Made by a program: the position numbers and the translations under genes. From assembly GCA_964371255.1 (NCBI GenBank), contig CAYJKV010000001.1:163140-227139 (forward strand): DNA of 64,000 nt. Reading direction: 5' to 3'. This DNA comes from an uncultured Candidatus Saccharibacteria bacterium. Its GTDB lineage: Bacteria > Patescibacteriota > Andersenbacteria > UBA10190. Positions 29,370-39,372 of this stretch are shown one piece after another (position 1 is the stretch's first letter; each line of letters opens with the position of its first letter). Under the pieces are notes generated by a model, which was not told where the DNA came from, did not search any database, and saw only the letters and a list, made by a program, of their open reading frames with translations.

Positions 29370-32264
29370 TCAGTCGAGCGTGTTTAGCATAATGATAATT
29401 TGTTGCAATGTGTGCGGCGTTATCGACGGGGCAGTGAGGACCAGGTCGTTGTTGTTGATAGACCAATCATCGGTGAGACGTGGAGTCAGGCCGTCACCTT
29501 TAGGGAGACGCGCAAAGGAGAGAATTATCCGATAAAATGGCCGCCGCTTTGACGGAGTGATGTGGCGGGTGTCGATCAAGAGAACCTGGTGGCGGGCGGC
29601 CAAGTGTTGTATTTGCAGTAGGCGATAGAGGTTTTGTAAAGGCATAGGCGGAGGGCCATATTGATGAGTGATTTGGGTCATATTTTCCGCTAAGTCTGCC
29701 AGGGTTCGCGAGCGGGATAGTTTTTGGTAAAAGCTGGTGCGCTCGGCTAAATCCGGTAAGTAGGACGTCGGAATGTGAGCAGAAACGGGCAGGTTCGTAT
29801 TAATATCGTGGCGCAAGGCGGGACCGCCGGTGGTTTGATCAATGGCGTCATTAACCATATCTAAATAGAGTTGGACGCCAACAGCGTTGACGGAGCCAGA
29901 CTGTTGTTCTCCCAGAAGATTGCCGGCCCCCCTAATTTCCAGATCGCGACGGGCCAGGGACCAACCCGATCCTAGACGTGAAGCTTCGGTGAGAGCGGTT
30001 AGGCGCTGGCGTTGAATGGAGGTTAGTTCGGTTTGGTTGTAAAGAAATAGGGCATAGCCCTGCTGCTTCCGGCGACCAATGCGACCGCGGAGCTGATACA
30101 GGTCAGACAGACCAAAATGAGTCGCGTGAGTCACGACGAGAGTGTTGGCGTGAGGCAAGTCCAGCCCGTTAGAAATAATGGTGGAACTGATCAAAATATC
30201 GACCAGGCGCTGATCAAACCGTTGCATAGTCGTGGCGATTTGCTGGCTGGACATTTGGCCGTGCAGTAAGGCGATGCGGGCAGTCGGTGCCAGGCCGGCG
30301 ATGCGATGGGCGAGCGCAGCCAGCTGACGCACCTTGGGGGCGACAATATATATTTGTCCTTGGCGTTTAAGCTCGCGATGCAGGGCTTGTTTGATGACAG
30401 CATCACTGTCCCGGCCGACCCAGGTAAAGACGTTTTTGCGGCCGGGCGGGGCGGTACTGATAACTGACAGTTGTTTTAGGTTAGACAAGGCCATGGATAA
30501 GGTGCGGGGAATGGGTGTAGCGGTGAGAGAAAGGAGGTCTAAGCGGGACCGAAGTTTTTTAAAATGCTCCTTATGGGCAACGCCAAACCGTTGCTCTTCG
30601 TCGATGATCACCAAGCCTAAATTATGCCAGGTAGTTTTTTTAGACAGCAGAGCATGGGTGCCGATGACGATACTCACTTCCCCGGCCGCAATTTTATTTC
30701 GGACAGCCTGCCGGTCCGCGGTCGTGGAAAAACGTGATAGGGAGGCAATCTGTCTGGCCTGATGAGGCAGACGGCTAATAAATAGGTCATAGTGCTGCTG
30801 GACTAAAATGGTGGTGGGGGCTAAGATGGCGACTTGCTGATGATTGTTGGTCGCGTGACAGGCAGCCCGGATGGCCAATTCAGTTTTTCCAAATCCAACA
30901 TCACCGATAATTAATCGATCCATGGGAGTGGCCGCAGTTAAGTCGCTTTGAATATCTCGCCAAGCCGCGGCTTGGTCAGGCGTTAGCTCGTAGGGAAAAG
31001 TATTGGTCAGCCACTCGTCTAAAACTGGGTCTAAGTAGTAGAGAGGACGGGTAGTTTGCTGCCGCAGAGCTTCATTCTTAAGAAGTTCGCGCGCGAATGC
31101 CGCGGCATCGCGCTGGGCATGACGGCGGCTCTTAAGCCAAATCTGACCGCCCAAGCGATGAATAATGGGAGTGGTTTCGCCGAGGTAGGGGGAAACTTTA
31201 TAAGCGTGTTCGACGGGCACAGACAACGTATCGCCGGCAGCGTAACGAAGAATTAAATAGTCTTTAGTGTAATCGTTGATGGTGCGTTTTTTCATCCCCT
31301 CGTAAATGCCGATACCGTGATCACTATGCACGGCTGGCTTGTTTTCTTGCAGCTCTGTAAGGAGGGCTAGCCCGCGCGCGGAGGAAATCGGTCGAGGCTG
31401 ATGAGTGTTGGGGGGTTGGAGAGCGGGTGGAAGAGAGAGGGTCGGAAACGGGAAAGCTGGCGATAACGAATCGTAGGTTACAGTGCTGGTACCAGATAAT
31501 TGTACATAGGAGGGACGGATAACCGTGGCAAAATCAATTATCTTGTTCAAAGGGTAAAGTTGATCGGGAAAAGCGACCGGCGGGAGATTGAGCATATTCA
31601 ATGTTTGCCGGCGAGGGCCGGAATCATGCTCGATTTTTTCTAAATTGGGACCGTACAGGGTGACGGTATAATATCCTTGATGCAGCGGATGCTGAATCAT
31701 TATTTGTTCGCCGCGGATCATAAATGAGCCTGGCTCCACGGTGGATCGATGCCGGCGGTAACCATGCGCTTGCAACTGTTTAATCAATTCCGCTTGAGAA
31801 ACGCGGGCGTTAACATGCCAAATAAGCTGGTTATGCTGATAGTCAATCGGGCTGGGAAGATTAAGGTCGGCTAAGGATACGGGAATGACAAAGTGATGGT
31901 GCGCGGTACCTGCTAATAAATGGTGAACACCTAAGCTTAAGGTGGAGCAAATGTCGCCGGTAATCTCCTGTTCGGTTAATTGGCCGGAAATAAAATGCCA
32001 TGCCTCATTACCTTTAAGCTGCTGAGTCAAAAAATTTAGATAATTTGTCAGCGCCTGGCCTTGATGAAGCGGCTGGTCAATAAAAAGGATCTTATGTGGT
32101 TGATAGAATGTGGCTAGAAATAACGGTAAATGTTCTGAGGGGATGCTGAGAGGAATGATCCCCGGATGAGTTTTTAATAACCGAACAACGCGGTCGCTAA
32201 AATTGAGCAGTGGCCGTTCCGGCTTGGCGGAGTCTGATAAGGGGGTTTTTAGTATTATATTCAT
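29370..32264 (-). CDS. mfd: Transcription-repair coupling factor Mfd (divergent/shortened N-terminus)
   Basis: CarD-like RID (VHSDHGIGIYEG), GDVGFGKTE, DEEQRFGV, TATPIPRTL, GLSDLYQLRGRIGR, RDLEIRGAGNLLG, TRCF C-terminal domain. Confidence 0.9.
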   Translation of the reverse strand: MNIILKTPLSDSAKPERPLLNFSDRVVRLLKTHPGIIPLSIPSEHLPLFLATFYQPHKILFIDQPLHQGQALTNYLNFLTQQLKGNEAWHFISGQLTEQEITGDICSTLSLGVHHLLAGTAHHHFVIPVSLADLNLPSPIDYQHNQLIWHVNARVSQAELIKQLQAHGYRRHRSTVEPGSFMIRGEQIMIQHPLHQGYYTVTLYGPNLEKIEHDSGPRRQTLNMLNLPPVAFPDQLYPLNKIIDFATVIRPSYVQLSGTSTVTYDSLSPAFPFPTLSLPPALQPPNTHQPRPISSARGLALLTELQENKPAVHSDHGIGIYEGMKKRTINDYTKDYLILRYAAGDTLSVPVEHAYKVSPYLGETTPIIHRLGGQIWLKSRRHAQRDAAAFARELLKNEALRQQTTRPLYYLDPVLDEWLTNTFPYELTPDQAAAWRDIQSDLTAATPMDRLIIGDVGFGKTELAIRAACHATNNHQQVAILAPTTILVQQHYDLFISRLPHQARQIASLSRFSTTADRQAVRNKIAAGEVSIVIGTHALLSKKTTWHNLGLVIIDEEQRFGVAHKEHFKKLRSRLDLLSLTATPIPRTLSMALSNLKQLSVISTAPPGRKNVFTWVGRDSDAVIKQALHRELKRQGQIYIVAPKVRQLAALAHRIAGLAPTARIALLHGQMSSQQIATTMQRFDQRLVDILISSTIISNGLDLPHANTLVVTHATHFGLSDLYQLRGRIGRRKQQGYALFLYNQTELTSIQRQRLTALTEASRLGSGWSLARRDLEIRGAGNLLGEQQSGSVNAVGVQLYLDMVNDAIDQTTGGPALRHDINTNLPVSAHIPTSYLPDLAERTSFYQKLSRSRTLADLAENMTQITHQYGPPPMPLQNLYRLLQIQHLAARHQVLLIDTRHITPSKRRPFYRIILSFARLPKGDGLTPRLTDDWSINNNDLVLTAPSITPHTLQQIIIMLNTLD

Positions 32265-32305
32265 TGACGTTAAGGTAGAATAAGTGTAGACTAGTTTGTT
32301 ATTCT

Positions 32306-33085
32306 ATGGTATTTGAAAAAGAACTCAATAGCTTGGGATTAAAAGAAAAGGAGGCAGCGGTTTATTTGTCGTGTTTGCAATTAGGTCCAGCGTCGGTGCA
32401 GGCTATTGCCAGGAAATCCCGAGTGGTCAGGGCAACCACTTACGTGGTGCTGGAGTCACTAGCACATCTAGGTTTAGTGACACATTATAAGGTTGGTAAA
32501 AAAACATTATTTGCAGCGGAGCCACCAAGACAGTTGACAAGATTGTTGGAAAAGGAGAGAGAAGTAATTGATGAAAAACAGCATAATTTAGAGTTAATTC
32601 TGCCTGAATTGCAGGTGCTGATCAAGGCGGCTGGGGGGCGACCATCAGTGCGGTATTTCAGCGGGCTTGACGGGTTGAGGGCTATTAGACAGGAGATGGT
32701 GATGTATTGTAAGGCTGGTGATGTTTGGTATAATTACACACCAACCGATCATCTAGAGGCCGTTTTTGGCAGAGGTGCAGAGCTTACATATACTGATCAG
32801 CGGGTGGTGAAAGGCATTCGGGCAAAAACATTGTTTTCCACTAAGTCTGATTCTTTGAAGAAAGAATTATTAGAAATGAAAGATAAATATGTAGAGAGGC
32901 GGTATTTACCGGCTAAATATTATAATAGCGCTAGCGGCATAACAATTTATCGTGATCGGGTGGCCATCGGTATATTTGTGGGTAAAATCGGAGGAGTGAT
33001 AATAGATAGTCAGGTCATAGCTGACACAATGCGCAGTTTATTTGAGATGGCTTGGCAAAGTGCAGAAAAGGTTGACAGAGCTTGA
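32306..33085 (+). CDS. TrmB-family transcriptional regulator
   Basis: LGL.EKEAAVYL..L..G...V..IA...R.T.Y..L..L...GLV winged helix, then a PLD-like effector domain (VRYFSG.DG, ITIY.DRVAI). Confidence 0.88.
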   Translation: MVFEKELNSLGLKEKEAAVYLSCLQLGPASVQAIARKSRVVRATTYVVLESLAHLGLVTHYKVGKKTLFAAEPPRQLTRLLEKEREVIDEKQHNLELILPELQVLIKAAGGRPSVRYFSGLDGLRAIRQEMVMYCKAGDVWYNYTPTDHLEAVFGRGAELTYTDQRVVKGIRAKTLFSTKSDSLKKELLEMKDKYVERRYLPAKYYNSASGITIYRDRVAIGIFVGKIGGVIIDSQVIADTMRSLFEMAWQSAEKVDRA

Positions 33086-33177
33086 ATTGATGTTTAAGTT
33101 AATAGTACAGAAGTAAGGTGCTTCTGCTCACACAATAGGTGTGTGATTTGCTCTTTAGGAATCACAGGAGGAGGACA

Positions 33178-33228
33178 ATGAAATGGTCCATTAAATCACT
33201 CCACTGTGGTCCCGGCCAATGTAGTTGA
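33178..33228 (+). CDS. Putative 16-aa peptide MKWSIKSLHCGPGQCS
   Basis: Strong SD GGAGGAGG just upstream; TTGACA-17-TAAGTT promoter at 33072-33100. Confidence 0.4.
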   Translation: MKWSIKSLHCGPGQCS

Positions 33229-33865
33229 CAGGAGGTTGTTTCGGTGTTCCCAAAGAATAAGGAGAGAACTGGGAAGGGGCTTTCTGTTTGCCGCTTGGGT
33301 TCTGGATTGGAATTATCTTGAATACTTTATCCAAATCGTTTCCAGAACCCAAGACGGCTTTTTTCTTGCGCATTGGTAAATTTTTGATAAGCTTTATGGG
33401 GTTTGTGTTTGTTCTTTGTTGTTGAAATTGGCCGGGGTACCACCCCGTTGGGTTCGTCAAGAAGTTCTTTACTGCCTAAAAACCATCAGGTTAAAAAGCA
33501 GCCTGGAACATTATTGACGAACCCTTTTTCTTTATATTGCGGAGATTAGGTGGTTAGCCGATATAAGCAAAAAGTTGGTTAAGCAGTCTGTGCCGGTTAG
33601 CATTATTAATGCAGTCTTTATTCGATGTATAAATTTGCCAGATGGCGCACTTATTAATGGCTGATTTCTTGACGGGAAATGGTAGTTTGTTATGATTTTA
33701 TGTTCATTGAAATATGTCTTTTTGTCCTGATGATCCCGCTCGGCGCAGTAATATTCCAGAACAACCCCTCCTATAGTTCTGGGTGTTACTCGTCAGTGGG
33801 ATTGTCCGGATAAACAAAGGTAAAAACCAGTGTCGTAAAGAAGAAACTTTATCTATGATAAGGAT

Positions 33866-34369
33866 ATGAAGATAATTTTTGGTTTGGGAAATACCGGGAA
33901 AGAATTTGCCGGCACCAGACATAATTTGGGTGCAGCCACTTTAGCGGCTTGGGAGGAACAGGCGACGGAAGATGAATGCCGATTGGCAACGGTAGTGTTT
34001 CCGCTAGGATTCATGAACAAATCCGGGCCGGACCTGATGACTGAAATGAAAAGGCAACCGGTGGCGGGTGAATTGTTGTTGATCCATGACGACCTGGAAC
34101 TGCCTTTGGGCGAATGTAAGGTAGTGAAGTGCGGAAGCGCTAAGGGGCACAAGGGGGTGCGGTCGGTACTGGAGGTTTGGGAGAGCGATGAGGAAGTAAC
34201 ACGGCTACGAATGGGCATTGGCCGACCACCTGTAAATATGGAGGCAAGCGATTTTGTTTTGGCGCGATTTAGCCAGGACGAGAAAGAGGCCGTGGCGGAA
34301 ATGACCAAGCAGGCGATTTTGCTAATCGATCAGTTTTTATCCCCACACCCAGAAAATGCCGGCCTTTAA
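33866..34369 (+). CDS. pth: Peptidyl-tRNA hydrolase
   Basis: GLGN.G..FAGTRHNLG, FMNKSG, IHDDLEL, GHKG, RLRMGIGRP. Confidence 0.92.
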   Translation: MKIIFGLGNTGKEFAGTRHNLGAATLAAWEEQATEDECRLATVVFPLGFMNKSGPDLMTEMKRQPVAGELLLIHDDLELPLGECKVVKCGSAKGHKGVRSVLEVWESDEEVTRLRMGIGRPPVNMEASDFVLARFSQDEKEAVAEMTKQAILLIDQFLSPHPENAGL

Positions 34370-34435
34370 AGCCGGTGGTGAATGGTTTTTATAATATCCA
34401 CTAAATAGCCCTGGCCTAAAGGCCAGGGTGTGGGG
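34341..34435. mobile_element. Non-autonomous palindromic element resembling IS200/IS605 ends (PATE/MITE-like)
   Basis: Terminal IR CCCCACACCC/GGGTGTGGGG, internal hairpins CCGGC-CTTTAAA-GCCGG and CCCTGGCC-TAAA-GGCCAGGG; overlaps the pth 3' end. Confidence 0.5.
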
Positions 34436-34437
34436 GT

Positions 34438-36009
34438 TTACTCAGCGTCCAGGCCTAAGATAATCAGCAGGTCGGCAGTCGTGGCGGTTTCACCATCCGG
34501 AAAGGCGGCGAGAGTCTTAGCGTTCAAGATTTGAGCGACTAGAGCGGCGGCGGCTTGTTGGTCTGGTGATGTGTAATAGACTGTTGTCTGCGGTGCGTTT
34601 CTAATGGTCGCGTTACCAACAGCGGTGATTTTATAATCCTCAACTGCGAGTTTATCACCGGTGCGTTTGGCCAAACCGGTTATCGTTGTGCCGTTGCGGA
34701 TTTCAATGGTTGGTAGAGTAACCGGCTCGGGGCTGACTGCCGGTGAGGGGGTAGGGGAGGCTTCCGGGGAAGGATCGGGTGAAGGCACGGGAACAGGAGG
34801 AGAGACAGACAACGCTGCGGGCTCAGATGTTTGATCAAGAATAGTGGAAGATAAGGTTTGTATCTCTGAATAGTCACCGGTGCGAGTACGCAGGATGGAA
34901 GCGGGTACACCGCCCAGAATTTCAGTCCCGCCCACTAACACACCCTTGGGACCAGTTGTTAGAACAACCGAATGGACCTGAGCTGGCTCAACAACACGAA
35001 TGATTTCATATAGGCGTTTCATTTCCCAGAGCTGCATGTCGGTTCGGATTTCATCAGAAACCGAGTTAAGAATGGCGTTGAGTTTAGTGAAGTCGAGTGC
35101 CGTTTGAACGGAAAAAACTTTGTCTCGAGCAGCTAATAAGACTTGTTGCTGGCGGGCGGCCCGTTTAAAATCCCCACCCTCGGGACCTTCGATGTAGCGG
35201 GCGCGGACATAAGCCAAAGCACGTTCCCCGCTCATTTTTTCCTTGCCGGCGGGGAAAGATATTTTGTGCCAATAGTCATAAAAGGAATTATCGATAGTGA
35301 TGTTAACGCCGCCAATGGCATCGACAATACTTTTAAAAGCGGTGAAATCCACCCGAGCGTAATAGTGGATGGGCTGGCCGGTAATATTTTCTACCAATTC
35401 ACTGAGCAAGATCGGGCCGGAATCCATTTTTTGTGATTCGCCATAGGCATGAACGGCATTTATTTTACTGAAGTAATCCCGACCGGGGACCTGGACATAA
35501 AGGTCGCGCGGGATCGACAATAGGGCAGCGCGATTGGTAGAAGGGTCAATACTGGCTACCATAACAGTATCAGCCAGTGATTCTCCTTTGTGTCCGTCAC
35601 CGCCAACAGCGATTAACAGGATATTAACGCGGCCATCACTTTCACCGTAAAGCATTGATCCTTGTTTTAATAAAAGATCTTTTAGCTGGCCGAGTATGGA
35701 ACGATCGGTAACGGTGATCTTATCCCCTGCGGCGATGATCTTATAGCCAAAAATTCCCATAGCGATGATGATGATAACGGTGAGCAGAACGGAGGTGCGC
35801 TTAAGCCAAGAGTGCTTTTTGTGACCGCGCCGGACAAGGTTTTGGCGTTGGTCGGACCGCAAAGCGGTACGACTCTGGTCGGCTGGAACGGCTTTCTGGC
35901 CATGGTTTGATAGGTGGGCAGAAGCAGAGGCAGGCTGGTCTAGACCATAGCGACGTCGGATGATGCCGAACGCTCTTTTTCGTGAGTGGGGCGATGTTTG
36001 TCTAATCAT
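34438..36009 (-). CDS. LCP (LytR-CpsA-Psr) family protein with C-terminal LytR_C domain
   Basis: NILLI.V, ADTVMVAS, LSIPRDLYV, KINA, ALAYVRAR, DF.R..RQQ; C-terminal IEIRNGT...GLA. Confidence 0.92.
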   Translation of the reverse strand: MIRQTSPHSRKRAFGIIRRRYGLDQPASASAHLSNHGQKAVPADQSRTALRSDQRQNLVRRGHKKHSWLKRTSVLLTVIIIIAMGIFGYKIIAAGDKITVTDRSILGQLKDLLLKQGSMLYGESDGRVNILLIAVGGDGHKGESLADTVMVASIDPSTNRAALLSIPRDLYVQVPGRDYFSKINAVHAYGESQKMDSGPILLSELVENITGQPIHYYARVDFTAFKSIVDAIGGVNITIDNSFYDYWHKISFPAGKEKMSGERALAYVRARYIEGPEGGDFKRAARQQQVLLAARDKVFSVQTALDFTKLNAILNSVSDEIRTDMQLWEMKRLYEIIRVVEPAQVHSVVLTTGPKGVLVGGTEILGGVPASILRTRTGDYSEIQTLSSTILDQTSEPAALSVSPPVPVPSPDPSPEASPTPSPAVSPEPVTLPTIEIRNGTTITGLAKRTGDKLAVEDYKITAVGNATIRNAPQTTVYYTSPDQQAAAALVAQILNAKTLAAFPDGETATTADLLIILGLDAE

Positions 36010-36251
36010 GGTATAAAGGTGAGGCGATGAGGATTTTTAGGGATTATATCTGACAGCTATCCTAGGCTAAAGATAAGGATTGAGCAAGGTCAGATTAAAT
36101 ATGTATTCACACTACCATTTTTGCGGGTCTAAAGTATACAAGGGGCAATGATTGGGATATAATAAATACTTATAGGTGGTTAACGTACGGTTTTTTTTGA
36201 GTCGTGGAGCGAGGATGATATGAGAGATATAATTATCAACAAAATATAAGG

Positions 36252-36869
36252 ATGGCTGAGGAAGAACATAAAATAAACAGCGAAGAAATGAAGCCGCACA
36301 TTTTATGGGCGGCGGGACGGTTTTTTTGGGAGCTGATAAAAGTCTTTTTATTAGCGATGGTGATTATTGTACCGATTCGCTATTTCTTGGTGCAGCCATT
36401 TTTTGTCCGCGGCGCTAGTATGGAGCCTAACTTTTACGATGGCGAATATTTAGTAGTGGATGAACTGTCATATTTCTTACGGGAGGCGCGCCGGGGTGAA
36501 GTGATTGTCTTTCGTTTTCCACAAAACCGGTCGCAGTTTTTTATAAAGAGAATAGTTGGGTTGCCGGGCGAAACCGTTAGAATTAATAATGGACGGGTGG
36601 AAATAATGAACGATGATTTCCCCTCAGGCGTGGTGCTTGATGAAGCACAATATCTACCGGACGATATGAGGACGGGCGGCCAAATTATGGTGGAGCTTAA
36701 GGATCAGGAATATTTTGTACTGGGAGATAACCGTCCGGCCAGCTCCGACTCGCGATCATGGGGCGTGTTAAGTGAAGAGGAGATCGTGGGCCGGGCATGG
36801 ATACGTGCCTTTCCGGTAGACAGGCTGGGTGTCATTGATTTTGCGAGACCCGGTTTTGTCTCTTTATAA
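36252..36869 (+). CDS. lepB: Signal peptidase I
   Basis: GASMEP, FIKRIVGLPGE, YFVLGDNR..SSDSR.WG. Confidence 0.96.
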   Translation: MAEEEHKINSEEMKPHILWAAGRFFWELIKVFLLAMVIIVPIRYFLVQPFFVRGASMEPNFYDGEYLVVDELSYFLREARRGEVIVFRFPQNRSQFFIKRIVGLPGETVRINNGRVEIMNDDFPSGVVLDEAQYLPDDMRTGGQIMVELKDQEYFVLGDNRPASSDSRSWGVLSEEEIVGRAWIRAFPVDRLGVIDFARPGFVSL

Positions 36870-36921
36870 AGACAAGTTGACAAAGGGGGAGATAACGTCT
36901 AATTTTTGAGAACTAACTTTT

Positions 36922-38283
36922 ATGGTAGGAAAGACAAAAAAAAAGCAAGCAGCCAAAACGGATGAGGTGGTAAAGATGCAACAAGCACAGCCGATTCAGG
37001 CGGCGCGTGGTATGCAAGATATTATGCCGGTGGAACAGAAGTATTGGGAGTATGTCGTCGAAGCGGCGAAAATGGTAGCGCGCGGCTGGGACTTTCAACG
37101 GCTCGATACACCATTAGTAGAAGAAACCAGATTGTTTGTCAGGGCGGTGGGGGAAGAAACAGACTTGGTGGGCAAGGAACTGTTTGAATTAAAATCGCGA
37201 GGCAAAGGGTCACAGTATAGCTTGAGACCAGAAGGAACAGCGGCGGTAGTGCGGGCTTATATTGAGCACGGGATGAGGAGCTGGCCTAAGCCGGTCAAGC
37301 TGTTTTATGTTGGGCCGTTCTTCCGATATGATCGACCGCAGAAGGGGCGATGGCGCCAACATCATCAGTTCGGATTGGAGATTTTTGGGGCTAGTTCGCC
37401 TATCAGTGAAGTGGAATTAATGTACATTGAGCATGGGTTCTTGCAGCAGCTGGGTTTGGAAGACTATGTTTTTCACGTCAATAGTCTGGGCGAAGCCGCT
37501 GATCGGAAGACGTATCTTAAATTACTAAAAGAACATTATCGTCGAAATCGATCGAAATTATGCCAGAATTGCAAGCAACGTTTAAATACTAACCCCCTGC
37601 GCATACTGGACTGCAAGCAGGAAAAATGTCAGCAGCTAGCTAAGACGGCACCAAGTATTATTGATCATCTATCAGAGGAAGCCAGGACACACTTTAATAC
37701 GGTGACGCATTTATTGGATGGTTTGGAAATACCTTATACAGTAATGCCATCATTGGTCAGAGGATTAGACTACTACACTCATACAGTATGGGAAATTATG
37801 CCAAAGAAAGTTGTGAACGAAGCGGGCGAGGTGAGTCAACAAAGCAGTTTGGGCGGCGGCGGTCGATACGACGGACTGGTCAAACAACTGGGCGGTAAAA
37901 GAGTAGCAGCACTGGGAGCAGCGCATGGTATTGAGAGGATCATTGACCAGATCAAAGCTGAAAATATTGAGCTGTCATTAACGGACGGTCCGCAGGTATT
38001 TATCGCGCAATTGAGCGAGTCGGCTAAGCTAACAGCCTTAAAAGTCATGCGGGGATTGCAGGAAGCCCAGATTAGATTTGCTGAGAGCATTGACCGGGAT
38101 GGTATGCAGCCGCAGCTAAAGCTAGCTGATCGATTGCATGTCCAATGGGTGGTTGTCGTCGGACAGAAAGAAGCGCTAGACCAGACGGTTATTTTACGAA
38201 ACTTGGATAGCGGAATGCAAGAAGTAGTCGCGCAAAAAGATTTGGTAAATGAACTGAAGAGACGGCTGAATATTATTGATTAG
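36922..38283 (+). CDS. hisS: Histidine--tRNA ligase
   Basis: RGMQD, LRPEGTA, FRYDRPQKGRWRQHHQ, LVRGLDYY, GGGRYDGL. Confidence 0.97.
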   Translation: MVGKTKKKQAAKTDEVVKMQQAQPIQAARGMQDIMPVEQKYWEYVVEAAKMVARGWDFQRLDTPLVEETRLFVRAVGEETDLVGKELFELKSRGKGSQYSLRPEGTAAVVRAYIEHGMRSWPKPVKLFYVGPFFRYDRPQKGRWRQHHQFGLEIFGASSPISEVELMYIEHGFLQQLGLEDYVFHVNSLGEAADRKTYLKLLKEHYRRNRSKLCQNCKQRLNTNPLRILDCKQEKCQQLAKTAPSIIDHLSEEARTHFNTVTHLLDGLEIPYTVMPSLVRGLDYYTHTVWEIMPKKVVNEAGEVSQQSSLGGGGRYDGLVKQLGGKRVAALGAAHGIERIIDQIKAENIELSLTDGPQVFIAQLSESAKLTALKVMRGLQEAQIRFAESIDRDGMQPQLKLADRLHVQWVVVVGQKEALDQTVILRNLDSGMQEVVAQKDLVNELKRRLNIID

Positions 38284-38343
38284 AGGGAAGAACAATAGAA
38301 AAGGGGCTTGGTTTTCACGCTATATGAATTTATACTGTTGAAT

Positions 38344-38724
38344 ATGAAGTCTAGCACGGCAGTGGCGAGTGACGATCAAGGCGGGGAATGTATTTTTTGT
38401 GCCATCGCCAATGGGAGCACGGAGGCGGAGGTAGTATATGAAAGCGACGAGACAATTTTTTTTCATGACATATCACCCAAGGCTTCGGTGCATGTGGTTG
38501 GGATTACGAAAACACACCTAACTTCATTGACGGAAGCTATCGATAAGAACTTTGAGTTAGCCGCACGTCTATTAAGAGACATTACTATTGTGGCAAAGAA
38601 GTTGGATTTGGATGAGGGTGGGTACCGGGTAATCACTAATGTCGGAAGTAATGCCGGACAAGAAGTGAAACACTTACATTGGCATATTCTGGGTGGAGAG
38701 GGATTGGGGCCGCTGCGTTGCTAA
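38344..38724 (+). CDS. HIT (histidine triad) family nucleotide hydrolase
   Basis: CIFCAI, FHDISP, AGQEVKHLHWHILGG. Confidence 0.92.
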   Translation: MKSSTAVASDDQGGECIFCAIANGSTEAEVVYESDETIFFHDISPKASVHVVGITKTHLTSLTEAIDKNFELAARLLRDITIVAKKLDLDEGGYRVITNVGSNAGQEVKHLHWHILGGEGLGPLRC

Positions 38725-38756
38725 GAACGGCTAATGTTTTAAATTAAAAAATTGTT

Positions 38757-39191
38757 ATGGAAAACGCAAAGAAAAAGGGCAAGATACTGACTGGGCATTA
38801 TCTGGCCTTCGCCCTTTTTTTAGTTTTGTTGCAGTTAACACCGCAGATAGCGTACCAAGCGTCTTTTGTGGGATGCAGCGGCCTTGATTGCACATTATTG
38901 GACTTAGTAGCAGTGCCAATAAATATATTTAATTATTTGTTGTCGGCGGGAGCACTGGTATTATTATTGGTGATCATATGGGCAGGCATCAGAATGGCCA
39001 TGTACTGGTTTAATGAGCAGCCTGAGCAAGAATTAAATGCAGCTAAGCTAACATTAACTCGCGGTTTAGTCGGTTTTGTTATCATTGTCTCAGCTATTTT
39101 AATCATCAATGTTTTGGCAGTAACAATTTTGGGTTTGTACAGAAATGCTGAAATCAAAAGTCTATTGGAGAACTTAATCTATTTTGACTAA
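38757..39191 (+). CDS. CPR-type pilin (TrbC/VirB2-like)
   Basis: Signal region, Cys pair (CSGLDC), TM, IIWAGIRM...AAK.TLT..LVGFVII pattern. Confidence 0.7.
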   Translation: MENAKKKGKILTGHYLAFALFLVLLQLTPQIAYQASFVGCSGLDCTLLDLVAVPINIFNYLLSAGALVLLLVIIWAGIRMAMYWFNEQPEQELNAAKLTLTRGLVGFVIIVSAILIINVLAVTILGLYRNAEIKSLLENLIYFD

Positions 39192-39372
39192 TCATAGTAC
39201 CTGAGAGCAGGACTGAGCCGTAATAATGAATGGTGTGACGTCCTTTGGTGTTGGGTGTTCCTAGACCATTGACATTTGCATAATGTGATGGCAGGATAGG
39301 AATGAAGGTTAATTCTTATTTATTTGGTGGGAGGTGTAAAAATTGCTTCGGTGATTGCCGGGGTACAACAAT

